Part shown: one piece after another, positions 53,781 through 64,000 of the stretch | Layout: every line of letters begins with the position of its first letter | How positions within the stretch are numbered: the stretch's first letter is position 1 | Assembly: GCA_965285935.1 (NCBI GenBank) | Contig: OZ260661.1 | Location: 128,154,001 to 128,218,000, forward strand | Length of the DNA stretch: 64,000 nucleotides | Direction of reading: 5' to 3' | Source of the DNA: Ophelia neglecta | Lineage: Eukaryota | Notes under the pieces: model-generated | Database searches by the model: none | What the model was told of the DNA's origin: nothing | The model's input: only the letters and a program-made list of their open reading frames with translations | Program-made: the position numbers and the translations under genes

Positions 53781-54869
53781 TCTAGAATAATTTTTTCTAT
53801 TTTTGGCTCCGAATAGCCCGAATGGTTAGGGAAGTATTTTAAGGCGAGTCCTTTCCTATTTATTCATAACCTAGCATTCTATCCGGATCCTTCCCGAGTG
53901 CAGCCAAACGTCTCGCTGGTTCAATATCATACCAGATTCTTTTTCGAACACTCTCCGAACGCTTTCCGAGACACTTCCGAATGGTGCAAACGATTCTTGA
54001 GTAGTCAGTTTTCTATCCGTTCGCTTTCTGGCTGCTTCTCGGATCACAAGAATATAAACCGACAACCGAGCGAATAGTTAAAAAAGGGTAAGAATTTTCA
54101 GCATCACAAGAAATTTGAACTGCCACGAAGGAAGGGAAAGAAGGGGGTGCCAAAAGGGCAATAGGAAAGAGGAGGCCGATAGGGGCAGCAGCAGTGTGAG
54201 GTGTATGGTGCAGTGGAGCCGGAGGTGGCCGAAATCCATGCGCCGCCAGACGGACCCGTTCACAGAGATATATGTTATCATATTTTAACATAATATTGAC
54301 AAGGACAATGAATTTTTTGGCTATATTCCAATATGGGCTGCAGACTTATGTCATTCAGGTTCTTCACATTATTTTGTTCACAATAATGTACAAATAATAC
54401 GCTTTCATTGCGTTTTTTAATAATTTCAACCAAATAAAAAGAAATATAAGTGCAAAGTAGTGCCATAGGTGTTCACAGAAAATATGCAAAGATGATAAAA
54501 CAACTATGACTATTTTGCTAATTATTTGTACCTGTTTTCTTAGCTTATGTGGACAGTATTAACGGGAATGTTAGCTCTGTCAAAACACAGGCAACTCCAG
54601 CGTAAAATCGGGAGTGGATACACGGCAGATAAAGGGAAATCATTGATCAAGAATGGTCCATTAATCGGTCTGGAATCTTCAGGAAGCCTAGGGCAGTAGT
54701 ATGCTGGCCGGGAGGAGGAGGGGGAGGCATACCGGTGAATGGGGCATACTGCCGAGGGAGGGGAAGATTTACTACTCCAAATGGGACACAGTAGAAACGT
54801 TCTTCCTCCAGGGGTAGGTTCAATATGGTAGCTACAATCTCAGTTAGGTTTATGATAACATATTTATAC

Positions 54870-57620
54870 AGGAAACCTGAGACTATTGTTTCTACATTTA
54901 AATTCATGGACCCGAGCAGGTATATCTTCATAATTATATTTAAGGTGGTAATACTTTAAATAATAATTTTCGAATATCTCTCGCTTTCCTTATTCATGTT
55001 ATGCGACCAGCCATTACTTTTCTCACTAGTGATAACTAAGCCAGTTTAGCAATCATTACATGATACACCAGACAGTCTTAATAGAAGGTATTGTATTTAA
55101 TCAAGGCGAGCTTGTTTTGCACACGGGGAAACGCCTCCTTTTTAGCATAGCTTCCGTTGACCTGGTGGCTTTGACCTTGAGGTTTGCTGTTTTATATGTT
55201 TGTATTTTTGTTCTCACAAGTATTCCTTTTCTGTTGCAGCAAACCTTGGATTATTTTGATCCTATAAAGCCTTGAAGTTATATTCGGTCGGTAACACTGT
55301 GGGACCTGTGAGATGTAGAAAGCCGGCTTCTGAATAATCATATATGTCATTGGCAGGTTTAGTTTGCAAAAAATATGCCATAGACGAGCCGCCGTGTCAT
55401 TATTGGATGCTGAGGGGTTTGCGGATTGCCTGTTTTGAAGACTCAAGTTTAAGCTTTATTAAACCATACAATAGTAGTTGCCATGAACTGTTTTGAACTG
55501 TCTTGGAATGGTAAAAAAAATGGTAGGGGTCCTAATATCGCTCGTTGTTTAATTCCGGGCAGAATTACACGTAGGCTTAATACACCCAGCATGTAGGTTT
55601 ATTTAATTAATGAACAATGTAAAGACGATTAAATAAATACTGGACAATATGCAAAATAGCCAAACATAGCCCTACAATAGTATTAAGTTTATTATGTAAG
55701 ACAAGGTGTTAAGTATATGTATGTTCTTGTGTCTCACTGATATTTATAACCATGATTGGCCATTTATAAACTTTTATTGATAAATAGGTGTTATGTTAAG
55801 TGGCCTTATTAACGATGAAACGGATATGTAGACAATGCCAAGATACCGAGGAAATGTTTGGGAGGTCTATTTTAATTATTTGGTTCGATGTACAGGATAT
55901 TGAGAGGTCAGGCTGATAGGTTGAAACGTACGTTTACTGTGCGTTCACTCTTTCACACAATAGTCCAATGAGCTGCCTCTAAATACATAAGGACCCAATC
56001 ATAAGATAAAAGACATTTATTGTTTGGCCCGCCAACTTCTTTTTTGACTTCATTTACACAATCAAAAACACTAAAAACACAAAAATGTACATATCAAAAT
56101 CGTTAGAACCAAGTTGAAATAATAATTTGAGATGATATAAAGCACCATATTAACATCTACAATGAGAATGACAAATGAATAATAACAGTAAAATTAATCA
56201 ATGAATATTAACAATGATGTATATAATAAGTAAAGAAAAACACCACGTGGTCTGCAATGTTTTGTTAAAAACACCATAATACAGTACAACTTTAAATACC
56301 TAGGTTTGGGTTGAATTACTGTGAACATACGGGACTAACCACTCTTTGGTGGATGTCAAAATAACGATTTGAGAGCCACTTGGACATCTTTGCCTATATG
56401 CATAGATTCAGACAAAGCATTTCAAGTGCGCTCATATTTAGTGTAAATATATTAAGTAATGAAATGCGATTATGAGGGGTAGATTTTGCGACAGTTTCAT
56501 GCACATTGTAATCCATGTAGGCATCAGACTAAAATGAAAAATATATATTCGGATAGCTCTTTATACATTAGTCATTTATAAAACATGTGTTTCATTCACA
56601 TTAACAGGTACTAAGAAAACACCAGAAAAATACATTCCTACTGCTAAATCTCCATATCATTTTTCCAAGCTCTTCCAACCTCTTGCTGATCACTGTTTAT
56701 TTAATTGAAATAAGGCTTTGTTGTTAGAAATGTGGCTGCTGGTTGGCAGTAGACAATATTTCAGATTGGTCCTATGTGGTGGAAGAAACCTTGTTGTGCA
56801 TTATTCATTGCTGGACATCCTCTGATGGGTATATAAATGGATTTCATTTTCCACCTCATGATTAAAAAAAACAGCCAATGCTTTTTATCAGCTGGTACAA
56901 GATTTTTTAGCATGTAGTCAGATCCCACTAGAGGTGCTGTTAAGACGTAATATTGAAATAGCATGACGGATGCCAATTTGGGTTAATACATATCCTTAAA
57001 GATAAGCTTCGCAAAAACGTGTGAGAAGTGTTGGATTTTCTGATCCATTTGTAATGTAATGGCCTATTGACAGCCAAGAGTCATCAAATTTACCACGACA
57101 AAAGCCTTTATAGCTTTGAAATGCACGACAATACCTCGTTTATCGGTCGAGCTTGGAACTAGAGTAGTAGTTTTAGATGTTATATGAAGCTTATGATTCG
57201 TGTATATAGAATCTTTATTTCTTATTTAGACTATCCAATGTGGTGTTCTATAAGCATTAAAGGACGAGAGGCAGGGGCAACACCCGAATGTATAGGAAAG
57301 TGAAATGGGAGGGGTGGATGTGGGAAGGCACTGTAGAACAGAAAGCATCGGGAATAAAGTCTCGGAACAAGTATCCGGAAAAAAAAACATAGCAGGAAAT
57401 AAGGCATCTAGAAATAGTAGCAGTTTCAAGCCAATGTAATTTTTGTATGATTTTTTTTTCTCATTTCGCCATGTCAATGATTTGTCAAAAAACCTTTGGT
57501 AGACTAACACAATAAAAAATGGTGGCCTTAGTATAGCAATTAATGAAGACTTTTAATGAAGGTGTGGTTGGCATACGAACCTACTCCACTAAAACTGAAG
57601 AATGCAGGGAAATTGTTTTT
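54870..57620. repeat. Duplicated block B, copy 3 (lacks the first 1.2 kb)
   Basis: Collinear with 26361 onward and 33889 onward. Confidence 0.93.
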
Positions 57621-58120
57621 GTCTAGTGTTAGAAAGCGTATAATCATAAATATTTGTCTGGTGCAGAAATTTAAATGTATACAATGGTTGATTTTTATTA
57701 ACTTCTAGCTTGGAATTATAGCATACATGTATTATTTTCTCTGTAACTTTCCCTCTTTTTTCAGTAGGAATATATAGTATTAGCAGCCAATGTAATTTTT
57801 GTATGATTTTTCTCCTTCCGCCATGTCAAAAAACCTTTGGTAAACCAACCCATTAAAAATGGTAGCCTTAGTATAGCACTTACAAAGACTATTAATGAAG
57901 ATATGGTTGGCATAAGAACTTACCCTACTAAAACTGAAGAATGTAGGGAAATTTCTTGTTTTCTAGAGTAAGAAAGCATATAATCCTAAATATTTGTCTG
58001 ATGTAGAAATATATATGTATATGTTTGTTGATTTTTATTAACTTCCAGCTAAGCATTATAGCATAGGCCTACATGTAATATTTTCTCTGTAACTTTCCCC
58101 TATTTTTAGGAATATATAGT
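57429..58120. repeat. Diverged local tandem duplication, about 356-bp unit x2
   Basis: AGCCAATGTAATTTTTGTATG starts at 57429 and 57785; single-copy in B2 (36522 onward). Confidence 0.85.
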
Positions 58121-60991
58121 ATTGGTAGAATTTATTCAACATGAGATAAAACAGCCTGTGAGTTGGATGATACAATCTGGAATTACATCGTGGTGGTGCG
58201 AGGAGATGACAACACATTATATGAATTCTTCACTAAGTAAGATTACAAAATCGAGATGTTTAATAGTCAATGATATTACAAGTAGGCTGAGTGAAATATA
58301 TATCTTTTAAAAGCTCACTGGACGAGAAATAATCCACAAAATCATCACTTGACTTGCGATGTAAGTAACTATCTATTATTTTGGTTGTGCTTTTTTTATA
58401 TATATATAAATTGCCAAATTAGTCAAAGCTTTGACATTGATATATTGCATCAACAAAATATACTTCTGATAACTGGGTCTACTACTATAAAATCTGGGTA
58501 TATACCTAGCCCTTAACTCATAATAAAAGCACTATTCAACCACAAAATGGTATTCATCCTCTAAATTGTTACACACGATGCATGTTCTGTCAGAGTACTG
58601 GAGAGGCGGTCTACCAGTCTCATTGTGTAAATTATGATTTTTCGTTCGGAATTTACTTATGATTAGAGCTTTATCAGGCCGTAGTTTTAAAATATGAAAA
58701 GGCCTTTCTAAAGGCCTATCTATTTCTACATACATATGACCTCAGCTGGAACTTTCAAAATGTATGCACTACTCTTGGCAATGACAATCAGATAATCTCT
58801 GTTTTAAAATGAACAAAAATACATTCATACTCCCTGCTCCCTGACTAAACCGTACATCCCCAAACCTATATTCACACAACAGATCTCTCACCTGGGTATC
58901 CCAGGTTATTCCTTTGGTCGAATTCTTTAGCGCATTATATAGATTGAAAGGCAATTTATGCTGGTTTAGTTGTAGGGAACTACTTCTTACCAAATCGCCA
59001 TTCCCCCTCCTAGTTCGAGCCCAACCTCAACCCTTCCAGACCGTCATACCTTGTGTACCTGCGTACATTCTTTGTTTTTCATATTTTGTAAAATGTGTGT
59101 GAATATTTCAGCGAACTGTCCCCGGCCACATTGCTCAGTGTTGTTCGTGAATATCTAGAGTCTTGGCCAACTTCTCCTTTCAAATCCGGAAGATCAATGA
59201 ATGTTAACAATATATAGCCCAGCACGGCGGTTTAAAGTGAGAGATTAGCCAAAGAAGCTTCCAGACATTTCCCTATTAAAGGTCAAATTGATTAGCAATC
59301 TTATTCTGTCTCTTGGCCATTCACGTCTTTTCATACAATTTAATTGGGTTTTTCCGCCAGGCGTCAGGGTAACCATCATCGTTTCCTGGGCATGTCCTCC
59401 TTGTTAAAGATTCCGTCGATCTATATGTTAATCCAAACCACTACCTTCCACTAAATGTCAAACACAGTTTGTTTATGAACTCCTTGTGTTTTAATGCGTC
59501 TATCTATATCTATGAGGACATACATAGCCAACAAAACATTGTCAGCAATGGCAGCCTTTCAGATGTCAAAAGTGAGAACTCAGCTTGAAATTCGGTTTCT
59601 TTAGTCCCTTGACGTTTCCTTGTGGCGTCTTGGGTTTCTAGCCTTGAGGATGATGGCTGAAGACGGCATTTAGTCATCCGGTCTGTTGGACAAAGCGTTG
59701 TCTATGAGGCTAGATTGACAAGACTACTGTCATAGTACATGAAATGCTGAACCCGCGGGTTACATGCAGAACCAAACTAACATTTGTTTATTCATAGTCA
59801 TAAGACTAACAACATGTTATCTCGGATTTTTATTAACCATTCACATTCGCTAGCCATCTGCTTTATATGACCGCGAGCGTGTTCCTCGGCAACGTTCAAT
59901 TACTAGTATTGTTCCTGACGAAATAAGGAGCTGGCATATTAATGGTAGTTTTTCGCTGTTTTACACAGAATTCATCTGATATGTCTTGTACTCTTACTGC
60001 CATTGCTACTACGTTCACCAGATTAACATGTGATTCTGTTATTCCCCGCGTAAAGGAGACGGGTAACTTTGAAGATGGGTGACCTTCATACGACCTTCAT
60101 ACGACAAAATAGATTAACCCCAGCATACAGGGTGTGAACTTCGAGACTTGTGGTCTTAGTAAGAGCATGTCCTTTTCTGTCTGAATTAAACAAAATGCTC
60201 GTAGCCTAATGTGTCTTATAAAAACAACGTGTTAAATAATGATTAATTAGAAGAAACAGGTTGGTAACTGATTAAAAATCAGAATAAGAAATATTTATTT
60301 CACCCAAACATCAAAGCATACAATTTATACTAACATTCATATTTAAAATAGGGAAATTATACAAAAAATTAAGCAGGGATGACTTATAATAAGATTTATA
60401 ATACATTTCCAGCCCTAGCGGCGGGGCCACTTTACATTTTGATATATTAGTAGGTAAAAGTATTTTGTTTGTGTGCCCAATGTTAGTCGTATTTTTGTTT
60501 TATAATGTGACAACAAAAGCTGCAAGTTAGCTCGAAGTTATTAAGAAGGCACTTAAAGAGTATGATATTAATGCCAAAATACAATTTAATTTTAGTATAC
60601 TACATATTTATTTTACTAAAATCAGCTTAGGAAAATTGCTGTCCCTATTCAAGATACAAACTCTCCGTACCCTATGGAGAAAATCAATGATTCCTATAAA
60701 AGGATCCAGCCAAGATTGTGGAAATCTTGGCCCTGGAAATATTAACAACGTACGTAATATGTATTAAAGGCTTAGCATAGGGAACTTTTAACCACGTGAA
60801 CATATCTCTACAGATCATATAAACATTAACACTGCTAACCTTCTCCCAAGTATATGCTCTTCGCCAATTCAAAACATTAATACACAGAAAACTAGATCTT
60901 GCTTAAGCATGTTTTTTTTTGTAAAACCTAGATATTTTTGGCGGAAACTATGAGATATTAGTTTTCATAACTCATGAAGAATTAAGATGAC

Positions 60992-61911
60992 TTTAATTCT
61001 CAGTATCCAAGATACCTCAAACTAGTAGTACATGATTTTTCGAACTTCCTGGTTGACCACTCGTTCTCCTGTCACTATGCAGCCCAGGTACCCAGCTTCA
61101 TTGAATGAACTGCTCTTTGAATTTTAGATTCGGAGTTCTATACCAAAATACGAAATATGACCTGGTCGACTTACAGAGAAAGCTGTGGAGATATATGAGT
61201 ATAGCCGTCAGATCATGACATTTCTGAGGCAAACATGAAACTTGTTTACAACATATTATAACATCCATTTAACCTCAACTAACCAAACTTCGCAAAACAA
61301 ATATAAATTTTGCCAAATTTCTAGCCGTGAATGTGGTAAAATAAAAACAAGCACTTTCAACCTTTCAACGTAGTTTAATACCAGGCCAGCGGTGTCCTTC
61401 TTTGGTAAGCTTGATTGGTGTTCACAGGGAGTGGCACAAACCCTCCCGTGTCAATGTGCCTGAAACAAGGGCATCCCTTGATTTCAAAATCTTTTGATAT
61501 GTTGTCCTTTATCAATCGCGCAGCTGCTTTAAAGTTTTAACAACTAAAACGAGTGTCCCATAAACCGCACGTCCTTCTCGATTCGACATGTTTGTAGTAG
61601 AAAATTTGCATATAATATTGTATCGAAATTGTGACTGCTTCATTCTGGCAGTTTGTCTGCTATCTTTATGGAAAACATTGTCCCAAAATATGCATTTGGC
61701 ATGGCTAAATGGCACATTGATCATATTATTAACGCTATTGTGTTTGCATATAGGCTAGAGACGTTTATGAACTTAATTTCTAGGCATATGCCTACTACAA
61801 CCAGCATAACTTCTCTTAGTGTTCGATTCTGGTACTATTAGCGCCGCCGTCGGACATCCATCAGCGCCTCCAAGCGTCTGAAAATGTGTTAACTTGGATA
61901 CTGAGAATTAA
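60992..61911. mobile_element. About 920-bp TIR element, copy 2
   Basis: TTAATTCTCAGTATCCAAG at 60993-61011, inverted at 61893-61911. Confidence 0.75.
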
Positions 61912-61976
61912 CACATTGTAGGCATATATATATAGTTTATATATCAGTGCAAAGACTTACTTCTGTGTGTTTTTTA

Positions 61977-62796
61977 TCATTCTAAACAGTGTCCCGAAAA
62001 CCAAGTAAATGTTGGATGAAGGGTAACTGGACCCTTCGTCCGGCCTTCGACATAGACAGTTTCTCCCTTACGACATTGTATGTCTATGGTCCCTCCGTCT
62101 GTTTTCCATTTCCCGTCTGGACCGTCCAGCATCAGTGGCATTATTTCCTTTGAATTCTTCATCATTCGAAACTACATAATGAAAATTTGAGCTTTTGAAT
62201 CCGCCATTTAACAAAATCTTTTACAAATATTACCAAAATACTTTGTTGCAAACTCCCAATAATGGCCATTGCTAGTTGATTACGTCAAGTTATTTTCAAA
62301 TAAGCATAGTGCATCCCAGATTGATAGATCGGAACGTACCGTCATATACGGACCCTTGGTCATGAGATGAGCACTGAAGGAATACATGCCACTAATAGGA
62401 CACACGAAATGACCTGTGCCCGGGTTGTATCCATAGTGACTTGGAAATCCGCCATTCTCATTTAGGACAAGCCTGCTAAACCGAATTGTCGTCCCAACGC
62501 CAAATGTTACTGACCTAGCTTGGCCTACGCCTAGTTTCTCATAAAAGCCTAAGGTGGAGTCATGTAAAAATATCAGATTTATTGGCATTTAGAATAATTA
62601 TGCATGGCTACAGTAAAAGGCTAGCAACCTTTACGATAGTTTCGAATGAACCAGTGAAAATAATTTGACGACGGAATGTATTAACTGCTTTGTTATACGA
62701 TTTAAACAATCTGTAGATATACTGACCTATTTTCCTAGTTTCTGCTCCGCTTACAATAACCGTCAGGAAAACGAAAAGAGCCCAGACTTTAGTCAT
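61977..62796 (-). CDS. Secreted globular-head C1q-domain protein G3, intact, 157 aa
   Basis: Exons 62796-62727, 62548-62340, 62171-61977 with GT-AG sites, 474 nt in frame: signal peptide MTKVWALFVFLTVIVSG, then GFYEKL..IRFSRLVLN..YNPGTGHFVCPISGMYSFS..GETVYV..WFSGHCLE (gC1q aromatic motifs; no collagen tail). Confidence 0.9.
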
Positions 62797-63198
62797 TTTG
62801 ACTGCTATTTCACAGCTGTCAGAATAGTGTGTGTCCCAAAAGATTGAAGACCGCACGCTATATCCCTTAATAATAAAATATGTAGGCATAACAACTAAAT
62901 ACCGTGCTTATAAGTTCATAATAAGTAAGTGTATTTACCTTATTCCCTCATCAATAACATTTCGGTCAATACAAATGTCAGTTATGCCAATATTAAAGCT
63001 TAAAGGAAGCAAGAATCGGTTGCACGCGGTGTCTGAAATCACCAAATCCATATATCGTGTCCTTTGTTAGTAGATTTAACATGATTTTTTGTTAATTCAC
63101 ATGTGTATATGTAGTTTGCATATCAAGTTATTGTGCTAATACGATTTAACCAGACTATGAAAGCAACATGTATTTTCGTCTCCTTAAAGTGCCTGTTA

Positions 63199-63540
63199 GG
63201 GACGGAACATTCAATATCTGGGGGGGGGGGGGGGGGGGCGACAATTTAAAAAAAAAATTGTTTGTTTCTGGTTATGCATAAAGAAAATTGTTTGTTTCTG
63301 ACTCTGGAAAAAATAAATTGTTTGTCTGACGGCCAAATAATGACTTAACACATAGGGTATACAAGTTTGATCAAGGCTAGGGAAAAAATATTTGACAGAG
63401 ATTTCTTAGAAAAAAAAATTGTTTGCTTCCCAGATAGGAAAAAATAAATTGTTTGTTTGTCCAAAGATAGAATTTTTTTGTTTCACTAGAAAATATTTTG
63501 TCGCCCCCCCCCCCCCCCCAAATATCTAATGATGCGTCCC
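63199..63540. mobile_element. PIF/Harbinger MITE, copy 2 (internally deleted)
   Basis: Same TIRs and TTA TSD at the paralogous position; shorter than copy 1. Confidence 0.9.
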
Positions 63541-64000
63541 TTAACATGCTATGCCTTTCTTCTGCGGTTTTTAAAGGCCTATCATATATTCCATATCAAA
63601 TACTTCTTCTTAAGTACAATTTTTTAACGACCGTGCACTCAGAATTCTGAAACTTCCAAGACAACTATTCACATAACCTTGTTTAACCATAAAATTAACC
63701 CAAGTCCTAATTGTGGTGGTGTAGGGCTTTTGGGGAAAATTTAAAGCTAGGTTTACACAGGAAGGAGTCACTGCTCAATCGGGATCGGAAGCCTTGCTGC
63801 CCCAAATTTGCGATGGGGTAGAGGGGGGGGGGGAGTAGGCAAGGGAGGATTTGGTAGAAAATAGTATAACTGGTATCATGGATAGTTTCATAATATATAG
63901 TTATATTAGGTATACAAATATCTTTTGGCTCTATACCCTTACTGGGAAGTTTAATGAGTAGCGAGTGGCAAGGGAGAGCAGGAATCGGCTCGGGGTCCGA

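Larger units (their letters stand above)
58110..64000. repeat. Duplicated block C, copy 2 (runs off the window)
   Basis: Collinear with 41658-47950. Confidence 0.95.

Noticed and set aside
57429-58120. 356-bp tandem duplication as the origin of the repeats flanking the LINE
   Set aside because: These units are clearly diverged from each other and from the LINE flanks, which are 152/153 identical.

Overview
Eukaryotic (metazoan, probably marine invertebrate; inferred from gene and repeat content) AT-rich genomic DNA, not prokaryotic. Left part (1-22 kb): first coding exon of a Shaw/Kv3-like voltage-gated K+ channel gene (minus strand, T1/BTB domain), followed by >19 kb of apparent intron holding minisatellites, MITEs and decayed retroelements. 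Right part (23-64 kb): a patchwork of tandem segmental duplications (blocks A x2, B x3, C x2 plus one partial copy). It carries four minus-strand copies of a 3-exon secreted globular-head C1q gene: one intact (61977-62796), one near-identical but inactivated (45845-46581), one chimeric copy with two competing splice acceptors (49756-51305) and one truncated relic (about 53.2-53.8 kb). The duplicated blocks provide filled/empty site pairs that define TE insertions exactly: a 4.6-kb young LINE with a 153-bp target-site duplication and a QADD catalytic motif, a 0.9-kb L2 fragment, a 9-bp-TSD MITE with telomere-like repeats, and a TTA-TSD Harbinger MITE. All alignments were done by eye; family assignments need database confirmation.
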